The translations under genes and the position numbers were made by a program. Source: Dicyema japonicum (Eukaryota; Animalia; Dicyemida). Taken from it: a stretch of 64,000 nt of DNA. The notes under the pieces were generated by a model. The model was given only the letters and a program-made list of their open reading frames with translations. It searched no databases and was not told the origin of the DNA. The stretch lies in the NCBI GenBank assembly GCA_011109175.1, contig RDEW01000006.1, forward strand, positions 1,386,133 through 1,450,132, given 5' to 3'. How positions within the stretch are numbered: the first letter of the stretch is position 1; each line of letters starts with the position of its first letter. This document shows, one piece after another, positions 12,625 through 24,722 of this stretch.

Positions 12625-14533
12625 GTACATCAGACTATATATGGACGCACCCTGGATCAACCAGAATAGTCCAACTGAACATAAATGGAATCAAGAACAA
12701 GATACTCGATCTTCGGACATTTGTGAAAGAAAATCACATCGATCTGTTGCTAATTCAAGAGTCTAAACTTTCTCCAAAGAATTCAACACCAGTATTTCCG
12801 AGATTCACAGTAATTCGCCGTGACAGAATTGGCAAACTTGGTGGGGGTCTTTTCACAGTTATTCGCAACGGCATTCCGTTTGAGGACTTAACTAACAGTG
12901 CCTACACTATGCTTAAAGGATATGGAAATCTCGAGTCAAGAACATCAAAAGATCCTCCCCAGAGAGAAAAGAAGTCTACATAAAACCAGACACTCTGATA
13001 ATATATTACAATCTATCTCCTACAGATGTTTTCAAAAGAACACCAAGTATTCCTGAAAAAGATTGAACCGAAACGCTCCGAGACTGGATCCTATTTACTA
13101 GTCAGGATGTTCGCAGAGCCATATCCAAGCCAACAACTCAGACAACATAACCACATGTGAACTGAAGCACCTAGGCCATAAAACCCTGGAACTATTAGCC
13201 TATATCTTCAACCTATCAATTAACACGAATACAATCCCTTAAATTTGGAAGAAGTCTTTAATCAAACCTATCCGAAAACCCAACAAACCAAAAATAAACC
13301 ATCTTCCTATCGCCCAATATCTATTCTGAGTTTTGTCTCAAGGATCCTTGAAAGGCTTGTTCTTGAAAAAATACAAAATTCAATCTCAATACCTTCTTCC
13401 AGTCACGGATTCCGGGGTAACCACTCGACAGCAACATAACTCACAACACTCACAAAATTCATTGAGGAAGGATTTAGATCCGCAAACCCCATCAGAGGAC
13501 AGTATTTATATCCGTGGATATCACAAAAGCGTTCGACTCAGTCCCTAGGAAACTCTAACAAAGAAAATATTGAAACCAACATCCATCCTGAAACTTTGGC
13601 TTGGAAACTTCTTAAATGGAAGACGAACACAAGTACTCTGTAACAACATCAAATCAAGATCTCGCTATTTCCAAATGGAGTCCCTCAAGGCTCCCACTAT
13701 CACCCCACTCTTCAATCTCTACATAAACGACATGCCACAAACCTGTAATGAAAACTGTCTAATCCTCTCCTATGCCGACGATATCATTCTTGCCTCCAAA
13801 CAGAAACATTCAATCAGCGACTCAGTTGCTCAACAAATGCTTGACAAGCTGTAACTATGGCTCTTGAAGCGGAGACTCGGCACATCAGCAACAAAGTCCT
13901 TGTCACTGTTTACCACTACAAAGACAGCTCTGTATCGAACCAAAAATCTTTATGAAGAACGAAGCTATTCCTATTAACAAAACACCGAAGATTCTGGTAG
14001 TAACCTTCGATCAGGGACTCACCTTTATCCGACATGTTGAAAACAAAGTAACTTCTGCTCTGAAGAAAATGATAATTTTAAAAGTGCACTCAAAAACACT
14101 TAGAGACCAAACTGGTGGCCTTGCCACGATTTATGAACAATTTATCCGACCAACGATGACGTATGCAAGTCCTTCATGGGCAATGCAGATCTCACATCCT
14201 CCTCATTGAAACTATCCGCAATCGAGGAGACCGCAATAAGGATAATTTGACCAGAACAAATCCAGCCCATTGAAAATCTCTTAATCGAATTACAACGAAA
14301 ACTCTTAATGGAGGCTAGTTTACAGAGCTGCCCTCTATTCCATACACTATAGAAATATCTACAATCATACAGAAATTTTGAGCCGATGCCATGTCCGATG
14401 AGAAGAGCTGTTCAGGATTCTCGACTCCGCCGGACTCGTCCTCTCCTTTGTCGGTCTGGGATCACTTAGTTAGATGAGAACTTTTATTTCTTTCTCTTTG
14501 ACCCAGTGATCCTGGGGGTAATAATAATAATAA
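12625..14533 (+). mobile_element. Second degraded APE+RT LINE ending in (AAT)n
   Basis: IVQLNINGIK..LLIQESKL, PSSYRPISIL, HGFRGNHST, YADD, TPKIL.VTFD, IRPTMTYASPSW; 3' GTGATCCTGGGGG followed by (TAA)n. Confidence 0.85.
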
Positions 14534-14759
14534 TGGTTGTTTTTTGAAAATTTCTCAGATTGATGTGATAGATTTTCTTCTAGATCTCCAGATGGCCATC
14601 AGATAGAAATGTGGAGCGTGTTGATTCGGTTGTGTAAGTAATGGGGATACTGTCATGAACAAGTATAACTAGGGAAATTTTTATGGCAACTAAAATCTAT
14701 AAATAGCATTTTATTGTATCTATAAGTTAGTTAAAAGCTCCTTTGCGTAGCCCTAAAAG

Positions 14760-15560
14760 GGTTTCGCTTGAACCATGCTTTACAGCCATCCTCGCCCACG
14801 CCATCTTGTTTCTGCCCCTCATTCGAACATCATCCAGATCGTCTGCTGTCACCAATTTACGACCAATTGTTTCGTAATCATTTTTTAAGCAAGTTGAAAG
14901 TGTATTTCTTGGTCTGCCTCAGAATCTGTGACTTCCGGCGCAGTAGAAATATTTTTCTATTATTCTGTTACACGGCGTAGTGGGGTCCAGTCAAAGAATA
15001 TGTCCAAATAGTTGCCATCTTGATAGAATAACGTCCATGCTAATTGGTGTAGATTTACATAGAGCATATACATGTAATTTCTCGTTTGAGATCTTTCTCA
15101 GGGTTAGGTTTGTGGATCGGAATTAAGACTCCATGTCCTAATGGAAGTGACCAGTGAAGTTCCATCGTCTCGTTTAATATATCCGCAATTATATTACCAA
15201 CAATAACTGGAGCATGTTTTAGTAACTACCCCGGGATGCCATCATAGCCAGCTAACGATTGCCTTTTAGCTGTATGAATGCATTTGTTACTTTTTTTATT
15301 GTAATTTTGTTGTTAAGAGGTCTTGGATTTCCAATAAATTTAGGTATATTCACCCCCAACATAATTAAACTGTGCCTCGAAGTGTTTGGCAATATGGTTT
15401 GTTTTATCCTCTAAGTTTTATAAATAATGACCCGCGTTGTCGCAGATTTTCAGCGGCTTTTTCGCAGTTCCTTTGTAAGTAATTTAACAGCAGAAAACAT
15501 TCGTCTTCCATACTGACAGTTTTCAATTTCAGTCGCCTTATCGTCCAAATATTTGGTTAT
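14760..15560 (-). mobile_element. Degraded RTE-like LINE fragment
   Basis: LAGYDGIPG, LPLGHGVLIPIHKP, SGFRRS..S..ADQ and RSGDS-like motifs, as in the RTE copies at 48870-51785 and 59470-60310. Confidence 0.55.
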
Positions 15561-15644
15561 TCGATCGTTTTCTTATCAAATCCTGATCCTTCACGTGTGG
15601 TCTTGTGGTGTTTAATTGTATCATCATAGAGCGTCGTTTATATA

Positions 15645-16757
15645 ATGGACAAACACATATATACCCAAAAGACTACATGCTCTTCGTGCGGTTATGCTAA
15701 TGCACGCAAATATGGACTTTACTGCTCGTCTTGCTGTGACTTTTTCCACCTCGGATGCATAAAGATGTCTCAGCGGGCTGCATGCTCGCTCTGCCTGTGG
15801 AACTGCAGTGTCTGTATGGGCACTGGTCGGAAAGCCCAGAGGATCATTCCAAGCGAGCACATCGAACCGAATGAGCCTTCAGACTTCAATGATATAGACA
15901 ACCTCTTACTCTTCTTGTCGGATCTAGGGAAAGCCAGGAAGATCCCAATCAGGATCCTAAGACCCGTCCGGATCCCCTCTGCAATTGACGATGTTCTCAC
16001 GTCCGACGACTAGGAGGCCTGGCTAAAACTCCTCAGTTTCGCTCCGATGGCACTTGGAAATTCATTTATCGACTCAAAAGGAGATCAACGCAACACAGGA
16101 GAAAGTACGACACTTGGGAACTCCCGTTCCTCAAAAATGAAGAACATCCAGGTTTTCTATGTGCATTCTCTCACCAAGACGAAAGTCATGAAACCTAAAC
16201 ATCCTGATTCCAATCCTCCGGTTTTTTTGAATGGCCCGGACAAACTTGGAGAGAGTAAATTTTGTACTATTTGAAGGTGACGTCCGAGCGTCGTTGCTGT
16301 CATGGCTGCGACGCCTGAGGTGCTTGAACTACTCAGACGAAAACATAAGATTACCGTCCATTCGTCATTCGTGCATCCGGGAAATTTGACGACCGTCACC
16401 GAAGGCGAAGTGCGGCGCGGCATTTTGTCGTTTGCGGCGAGTAGCAGTGGAAGTCTCAATGGCTTGCGGCCAAGTCACACAACAAGTCACACCGAGTTCA
16501 ACAAGAAGACCCACTTGGTCCACTACTCTTCGCTCTGGCCATCGATGAAATTTTCCGCTCTATCAACACACAACTAAACCTCTGGTATATGATGACGCGC
16601 CACGATTGGAGGGCGCGAGAAAAGTTCATAACGTTTTGTCACATGTCGTGCCGGAACTACGAAACCTCGGACTTGAGATAAATATAAAGAAATCGAAGCT
16701 AATAAATATCACATACTCGGAGAGTGATTTTATTAACGTGGTCGAGTCTTTCAACTC
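15645..16757 (+). mobile_element. CRE-like non-LTR element, internally deleted, with N-terminal PHD finger
   Basis: CSSC..CSSCCDFFHLGC..WNCSVC; SFAASSSGSLNGLRP; VQQEDPLGP; LWYMMT (degenerate WYLDD); LGLEINIKK. Confidence 0.8.
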
Positions 16758-17090
16758 CTATTATGTCGATTATCATGATGGTTTCGTTCTGGTTGTGTTC
16801 ATTGTTCCCTATTATGGTGATTATCATGATGGTTTCGATCTTGGTTATGTGCTCATTGTTATCCCTATTATTTCGACTGTCATGATGGTTTCTGTGATGA
16901 CGATGATTATATGAGTTGCGACGAATAGCTCAGATAATAGTACGATTCCTTTAATTAATAATTTTTAAAAACCAATTAATCCAATCATTTTATGAATTAC
17001 CGAATGTTTTTAACATTTTATTATGAATTTATGGTTAACCATCAAATATATTTAATTTATATTAAATAATAATACATATAAACTTGAAAT
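16758..17090 (-). pseudogene. Truncated, frameshifted paralogue of the His-rich secreted-protein gene (upstream region, exon 1, intron 1 and first repeats)
   Basis: Reverse complement closely matches 42902-~43200; ATG at 16988; signal-peptide exon and intron retained; repeats frameshifted and cut off where the CRE fragment ends. Confidence 0.8.
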
Positions 17091-17094
17091 CGAT

Positions 17095-17790
17095 TTCCGC
17101 AAAAATTTGAGGCGTCTCCCTGATTGGAAAACGACCGGGGTAGATTAAATTTGTAATTCTTTATCAAAATATGCACTTCAATGCACGAGTCTTATGTGTG
17201 TGTATTACAGAAAAGCGTCACTAACCCGGAAACGATTCCTGATTGGGCCTGCAGTGAGACAACTTATTTGTTCCCAAAGCTGGACAAGGTTCAATAAACC
17301 TGATATTTTTGTCCACGACAGTGAAGAATGAAATTCTACTTCTCAAGGATTATTGAAGTAACTGAAGTAGATAAGTTTCATAAGTACGATTTATGGCTGG
17401 AGAGCTCAAGCTACTTTATGGTGTTCCAGTCAAAGTCATATCTATTGTTCTAATCTGGGACGGTGTCGTTTCGTAGACTCATAAATCTCACTTGGGAGCC
17501 ATCGCAATCGATGCACCAACCAGAACATACATCAAATCCATTGTCTTCAAAAAGACGTTGGAGATCATGTTGGTAGAGTATAAGTACGGGGTGCACAATA
17601 TCGAAGAAAAGTTGGTTACAGAGACCAAACTACACCTGGTGGAGTTAGCGGTTCAATGACAGTCCAGGTAACCTGAGTGAAGTGGAAAATAATTGGATTC
17701 AAATCGACGACACCTCTTCTAAGTGGAGAAAAGTTTAGAAGCGAGTAGAAAAGTTTGATTTAATTGTGTTTCCCGTAAAAATAAAACTCA
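17095..17790 (+). mobile_element. Internally deleted R4/Dong-like RLE element
   Basis: 5' part matches 63820-64000 (LPDWKTTGVD); it jumps directly to the RLE region (NKPDIFVHD, KYDL.AGEL, IVLIWDGVV). The 3' end GTAAAAATAAAACTC matches 39975-39990. Confidence 0.8.
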
Positions 17791-18399
17791 AAGTTAACTG
17801 AGACCAATTATTAAAAATTAACCAAAGTGATGATTAACTATTATTTTAATTCGTTTTGAATTTTTTAGTCGTTGTGAATGAACTATCTTAATAGATCCAC
17901 TATCTTCGACTTTGACAAAATTGTTAGACAATTTCTCGACAACAGTGACCGGATCCCCATACGGATGTTCAAATTTTTTAATCGAAGAGAAGGATTCGTC
18001 CCATAATCTTTTTGTAACAAACCTTTAAGTAATTAAAATTAGAATAAAATATCTCCAACATTTAACTCATATTTTGATCGATGCACCCCCATCTTGCTAT
18101 TCATTCTATTATTCATTATTCTAGAAGACTGCAAATATACCCTATCAAAGTTATTCGGTAACTCATCATTTTTACTAATAAATAGGGCATAATTATTTTG
18201 ATTATTTTTATAATTTTGTTGATATTTTTACATTTCTTTTTAAATTACATATTATAAATTGTTTTTTGTTGTTGTGTACTAGCAGTTTTCATTTAATTGC
18301 AGGTTTGTATTTCTCAGTTATTAAAAATATTAGAACTCGGGAATAGAAAAGGAAAGAATTTCAAAAGCAATTTCTACAAACTAATACATGTTTACAATA

Positions 18400-19220
18400 A
18401 AACCTAAAGAAGATTTAGTTTTGCAGTAAAATCATCCAACAATACTAAACCGATCTACATCTTAATGGAAAAAGACATTAGACTGAATGCTAAAGTATAG
18501 AGACCACTGTATGCGATTTCCCACTTATTCCTCCAATTGTCTCAACAACAATGAGATTAAATTACCTCCAAATGTTATTATCACAAGATGAGAGAGTTTA
18601 TTAGGCGCGCATTTTATTATTCCGAAATTCTTTTCAATAAAAGACAGAGAACAATTTTAAAGACGATGGGATTATTGTTGCGAATGTGAAGCAATCAATA
18701 ATGAATAAAAATTTAGATGACGAACTCAAAGAAATTACGAATATCAATGGCTAAAATCTAATTTGGAAAAAATTGCAAAACTCACGGTATTCAATCGAAG
18801 TGGTTGAAGTGGTGACGTGCCTCTTCTGCACAAGATGTCTTCATGCATTCAATCTTCCCTGTTCTCTATTGGAGATGATCTGAGGGCTGTTGAGAGAAGC
18901 AGGGGAGGATGGAAATGACTTACAACGCGTATCCAGAGATGCATGCCAAAGTGGAATCTCAAATTATAATAATTCAATCGAAGTAAGTTATGCAGATTTT
19001 GAAAAGATCAGTTCTATTTCTGAAGTTGCTAAAGTGACTAACAAATCAATAAACCCAATGGCAAATTACAAACTTCTAAAACGTTCCGTTGCTTCAATCG
19101 CAGTGGAACAATCTTTCTCTCGATTGACAAAAACAGAGGTCTAAAGATAGAAATTTCAATGAAAACAATGTTGAAAAATATTTTATGCTAAATTATAATT
19201 TCTCTAACAATTTGTAGTTT
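18400..19220 (+). mobile_element. DNA transposase remnant (hAT-like C-terminus)
   Basis: LPPNVIITR.ES, SVASIAVEQSFSRL..DRNFNENNVEKY; several stops. Confidence 0.45.
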
Positions 19221-20115
19221 TATTAATTTACATATAAATTGTCCTAAAATGATTTGAGAATAATTTAAAGCCCAGATTAAGTATTTGTGATATTTTGTTA
19301 AAAGTTAAAAATACAAAATAATTTGAAAAATAATAAAATTGTCCTTTTTTTTCTTAAGATGTCCTTATTGTACTTTTTTGTTTTTAAAATGTCATATTAT
19401 TACAATCATTTTTGATGTATTGTTTATTTCACAAATCTTTCTTTTCTGAGCAATAGAATTTTCAGTCCTCTTTCTAACCATGTGGTACTGTTAAATATTA
19501 ATTTCATTTATTGATATTAAGACTAGCTATTATTTTTTTAGGTGTTCTTTGTCAAATATGTTTAAGACGTTTATTTTAGATCAGGTAAACCTCCAAAATC
19601 AGTGATGGAAGCATTACTACTCCTCGGCGGAGGGTTGATAAATAGGCTTTGAGAGGCCTAATGTACTGATAAGTCTATGAAAATCAGAAATCACCCTAAC
19701 CTAGATGCAGTGCACAGAAGAATGTATTTCTTTTCATGTGCCTCGCGGAATAGATCAGTGAAGATCGAAGCTACCCAGAAAAGGGAGTTCTGAGTTCCAA
19801 TGTCTGGATGACATTCAAGAGGATACATCTATTCATTACACTTGGAGACAATTTCGTTCCCTGCCGACGAATTATGGTATCGACCTCAGCCTCCCGGACA
19901 ATATCCTCTTAAATGAAGGTTCTGCTGGAAGGGGTAAGGAAAAAGCAATTAATTAGTTTTACCCTTAGTGTTTAGAATAATTTAATATAACAAACCTCTT
20001 CCGCTTGGTCTACGACTAACATTATAAGACTTATTAAATGTAAAAAGCGTAACAAAATATGCAAAAACAAATCAAAAATAAACCAAAATTTAATAGAAAA
20101 CACCAAATCAACAAA

Positions 20116-20646
20116 TCAAGATATTAGTGAGGAGGCATTGGAGGAGTTGCTAAACATTAGAGAACCACAATTACTATCTAAATGTTGGAGGGAGAACCTT
20201 GTTCCTGATGTAGTAACGGGCCAGTCTGTGAATTTTGCTTTCGGTCAATAAAAGGTGATATTTGCTGCATTTATCCGTCCTGTTCTTGTTTAGGTGATCT
20301 ATTACACGGATAGACTTGCTTATTAAATGGTAGAGATCCTCGGGGAGCAAAGGAGCCATTCCATTCTTCTTAAGGATTCTAAGAACCTTGTTACTGGCAC
20401 AACGAGAAATGTTAGGAACTCCATACACGTCCCTTAGGATGACTCCTGAAGTTTAAGGCTCAATAATACCAATTTGGGAAGGTCTCATCCCTTTCTTAGC
20501 AAGACGGACAATTGTAATCTCAATTTCAGTAGGAGTCATCTTTAACCACTTCGGGATTGACTTTTGGACAGGTTGAACTGACCTGGATATACCTTTTCTA
20601 AATATATTTAAGATTATTATTACCCTCTTCCATACATACGACCCAT
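20116..20646 (-). CDS. RPS13: 40S ribosomal protein S13 (uS15)
   Basis: MGRMYGRG/KGISRS..PKWLK..LAKKGMRPSQIG/VILRD..NKVLRILKKNGMAPLLPEDLYHLI..ESKIHRLARYY; three tiny introns; ends YNSSNASSLIS-TGA. Confidence 0.95.
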
Positions 20647-20722
20647 CTTGTAGCAAAAACGTGATTTTTATTTAAATTTTTAATTATTTAATTTTATTTA
20701 ATAATTAAAAGTAATTTTTAAT

Positions 20723-20917
20723 AGCTTAGTGGCATAGTAATTAGGTGTCGGGCTAAAGTGGCTTAGGCTACGGGTTCGATTCTTGCTGCTGTTCACTTGG
20801 TGGAAGGTTCCACGCATCTAAGATGCTAAAAGGGATTAACGAGTAACTCCGTCATCAGTGGATACTCACTGCGGAACTGGATTGTCTAGAAAGGACCCAC
20901 ACACAAGAAAAAAGAAG
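20723..20917 (+). mobile_element. Putative tRNA-derived SINE, copy A
   Basis: A-box-like TGGCATAGTAA, B-box GGTTCGATTC, body shared with 25375-25530, A-rich tail. Confidence 0.6.
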
Positions 20918-20938
20918 TGAAGATCATTCCTTGGTTCT

Positions 20939-21035
20939 ACGATTAGTTAAAATTAACTGTTTTTTACTTAAATAAAGTGTGTCCTGCCTATGCGGAGCTA
21001 TAAATATTGTGGCTCTCGTGAAAAGTCTGTTATTA
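20939..21035. repeat. ~95-bp dispersed repeat, inverted copy at 34741-34834
   Basis: GATTAGTTAAAATTAACTG..GTGTGTCCTGCCTATGCGGAGCTATAAATATT..CTCTCGTGAAAAG occurs in reverse complement at 34741-34834. Confidence 0.8.
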
Positions 21036-21149
21036 TTATAAGCTTCTCAATAAATTGTGATGCCCAAGGAGACCTAAATTCCTAATACGTTTGCTTTATA
21101 ACAACATAGAATCTTATTAGCTATAATTCTATTCCTGCCGCGTTTGTCT

Positions 21150-21490
21150 GATACTCGATATTAGTTTCTCCTATTTGATGCCAGACTCCGCAGACTGCTG
21201 AGGTCATTTAGTGCCCCGTTTGCTGGTCTCAAATCTCCATTAAGGACTTCGGGAATCGTTATACGTGGACGGCCTCTGAACTTTTTCCAAATGTTTCAAA
21301 TACTTCTCCCATGGTGATGTTTGCTGGCGTTCTATTTTTGGAATGTGACCAAACAGTTTCCAGTGAACATTCACTATCGGGTGCTCAGAGGTCCATCTTT
21401 TGTACAATACTTCACTCCTTACACGCATTGGCCACTTCAATCCCAAGAAAGATCGAAATTGATTCCTATGAAAGGAGTCGAGCATAATTC
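21150..21490 (-). mobile_element. RTE-like LINE 3' fragment
   Basis: LDSFHRNQFRSFLGLKWP..SEVLYKR..WKLFGHI. Confidence 0.7.
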
Positions 21491-21559
21491 ACAAATTAAT
21501 ATTAAATTTAAAAATTAACGTTAATAAAGTGTAACTTTATCCGATGAAAAGTTTGTAAA

Positions 21560-22200
21560 GTCCAAAATGTTATCAATATTTTTCATACCAATGTGGATAT
21601 ATCAAATCGTGTCGCATCTAAAAAATCTGGCCAAATAGACTTGGGACCTCACAGACATTTACAAGCGACTTTGAATTTAGGATTTGTGCCTATAATCTGG
21701 AAATAATCCACAATAATTTCGATTCTCAAACCTAACAAGGACCCGCATGATCCAGGATCCTTTCGACCTATTTTCCATCAATGTACTGCTTTAAAAATCT
21801 TCGGGAGATACATTCTCAACTGTATATACTCTTAACTACACCTGTCCATTTATCAGCACGGCTTCAGCGTCAAGCATTCAACCTCAACCCACCTAACAAA
21901 GTTAACTATATTGCAGAGTGATTCAACAACTATAAACCGTCACTCCGCACTGTACTGGCCTTCATTGGCATTTCCAAGGCCTTCGACAGGACTTCCCGGC
22001 AAGTTGTTTCCAACAAGATTACCGCAAAGAATATTAGTCTATTCATTCAAAAATGGCTGAGGTCATTCCTCTCTGGCAGACTGGGACGTACCTTGTTTAT
22101 GTCAATAAATCTCATGTCCTTGCAATCGTAGTCACACAAGGCTCTGTCCTCTCTCCTGCATTGTTCAACCTCCAACATATTAGCATACCCGAGCAGGAAG
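21560..22200 (+). mobile_element. APE-LINE RT fragment
   Basis: ILKPNKDP..SFRPI, QHGF..HSTST, ISKAFD, TQGSVLSPALFN. Confidence 0.7.
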
Positions 22201-22599
22201 GTGTTTATCATACAAAACCAGAGCTGAAAATATTGAGAGAAATAAGAGTGAGGTGTATCATTATTTAATTAAACAAAGTCACTTAATTCCATGTCGAATC
22301 GCTCCTTTGTTGTCAACAATAGTCTGTACCACAGCTTCTTTCACCTCGCTTTTCAGGAATTTCTTTTCAATGCTGATCAAAGATAAATTAGAATTTACAG
22401 CGAAAAAGCACCTTCATTGATTAAAACCCGTGCACTCGAAGTCTTTATAAACATCTATTAAAAAAGTATAGCCTAATAACGTGAACTTTATTCTTGGATC
22501 TGCTGCCACCTACAGCGTGCTTCCCAAGGCGACTGCCCCTATGGTTTCTTTTTAGGCACGCCCCTGGGTGTCAGCCTGAAAGCAGAAGAACATTTAAGA

Positions 22600-23075
22600 A
22601 TGTATATAAGCAGATGTATGTGGATACAGTTCTAAAATAAAATAAACGCAGGGTGTCAAGCACATTTAGTCATCGTGAAATGAAACCAGATCCTTTTCCT
22701 TTAAGGCACCCTTTAGTTTACCATTAGCGAAGGGAAGACCCAAAAGGGTCAAATCTGACATATTGGTCAATTTGGAGGAAGACAGCAAATTCTTACCAAC
22801 AAAGTCTAAGTGTCCTTCAGGCATTGAGATGTGAGTTTTGGTTCAATTCAAGCTTAGTTCATGTAAAGAGGTTAAAGCAATACACAATGTCTATATAACC
22901 TCCATGTATCATTATCCAGGCACCATAAATGAAAAGAGATTTAGGATGAGTTCCCAAAGAATCTCCTTGTTGGACACACGTCTGTGAGCAAATTACTTTC
23001 TTTCCGAATAAACAAGTTGTTTCAGTCCCGTACGCATGGAATACGAGATTGGAATACGGAGTAAAGAGCATAATG
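22600..23075 (-). mobile_element. CRE-like RT fragment
   Basis: FHAYGTETTCLFGKKVICSQTCVQQGDSLG; LTLLGLP. Confidence 0.6.
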
Positions 23076-23182
23076 GTTGTTCACCGCTAACGCGAGTGCA
23101 ACACCGATGAGCAGAGGAAGGTACGTGGCAAGTACCCCATTCATCTATTGCTGATCTTTGGTTGTATATATTGGGTGTAGAG

Positions 23183-23534
23183 CAGTGTTTCCCAACTTGG
23201 GTTCCGCGAAGTTCAAAGTCCCTGTCAAGGCCAAATATTACAGAACTATGCAAGACATGAGCCTCAACCTAAAATTAATTTTAATAGAAACTGTAAAATT
23301 TAATTTTAAATTAAAATAATTATAAGTGCTCCAAAACTAGGTCTTTTTGTAAGGATTTTATTAATTTTTCTAATAAAATTTTTGAAGTGTTCCAAATCCC
23401 GAGGGTGTATCAAAAACAGACGTGTTCCACCCTCGAGGTCCGTTCCAAAAAAGAGGTTAGACTGTATAAGGGTTCCGTATAAAATGAAAAATGTCGATAG
23501 GATTCCGTGCTCTCAAAAAGGTTGGGAGCCACTG
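23183..23534. mobile_element. hAT (Buster/Charlie-type) MITE, 352 bp
   Basis: TIRs CAGTGTTTCCCAAC / GTTGGGAGCCACTG; perfect 8-bp TSD GTGTAGAG (23175-23182, 23535-23542) with central TA; inserted in a LINE remnant. Confidence 0.9.
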
Positions 23535-24660
23535 GTGTAGAGTAACTTATTGATGAGTTGAAGCAACTTCCATAGTGACCCAAAAGAGCTTTTACAAAAT
23601 TCAGTTTTCTTTGAGTGGAAGATATGGTGTTGCTGATGTGTTTGCCAAATGTCATGAGGGAGTCGAACACAAAATTGGGGATACAATATTGAGTACTAGG
23701 GTCGAGGCAGAGTTAGCAATTGACCTTTGATGTGATGATTACGTCACATAACAAAAAAGAAACAAAGATTTTCCTGATCATAATTTGTCTTGGGACCTTG
23801 TGGAACACTTTTTAGATGTCAACAGAGCACACCAGAGAATTTTCATTGAAGGCCCTTTGAAATGAATTTTGATAGACATTTGTGTTGAAAGGGGACCACG
23901 GGGAAATATGGTTAAATATCAGGATGAACTTTTCTATGACTTTAGTAGAACTGCATAGAAGGGGAAATAGCCTGTATGGCTATGGAGAGTACTTGGGTTT
24001 TCATAGAGAGTTTCCAGATTGACAGGATATTGTTAGTGTTGACTGACGTGTTGTATATAATAGTTAAGGCTATATGATCCCAGGTTCTTCATGTTGGGGA
24101 TTCTGGAATATGAACATTTTTGAATTTTGATTGTTCAGTATACTTCCTCTGGTGAGAAAGCGATTATTGAAGCTTCACTCTTGGGTCTGATAGATGGGAG
24201 GGTTGGACCCTCAAACTTCTTGTGAGGGATGAAGCTCCTGGAAGCGTAGTATTTCATGATCTTGTCCAGTTGGGTCTTGTAGGAGAGAGTCTTGTCGGGA
24301 TTATAAAAACGTCGAGAGTTTGCCTCATTCACGAAAGGTTTTTCTGTTTGGTTAAGGTACCGATTCACTCTATCCTCATTTCTCTTGGCGTTAGAAGCGA
24401 TAAGCTTATATAGGACTCAAATTTTCTCTCTGGTTTCTTGAGACTGGGTCTAGACGGTTTTAAATGGTTTCTTTCCTCGGTTGTCTGGTTTGTTGTATCC
24501 CTTCTTCATTTTCTTTTAATATATTTTGTCAAGTCCTTCAAGAGTACTTTGTTAAAAAAATTGTACGGCGTAGTCGAGGACCTGTACTGTTCGGTATTAA
24601 ACCAATATAGAACTTTCTCCACTCTACATTGTCGTAGTCGTGTAATGTTTGTAATAGTTG
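23535..24660 (-). mobile_element. Degraded APE-LINE RT region
   Basis: FDSLMTFGKHI, VDI.KVFHKVP, YRLFPLLCSSTKVIEK and IAFSPEEV motifs. Confidence 0.65.
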
Positions 24661-24722
24661 GTCCCAATTATTCATTAATTTATTAACACTGATCAAGAAG
24701 TTAAAAGTAAATTAGTTAAGTA

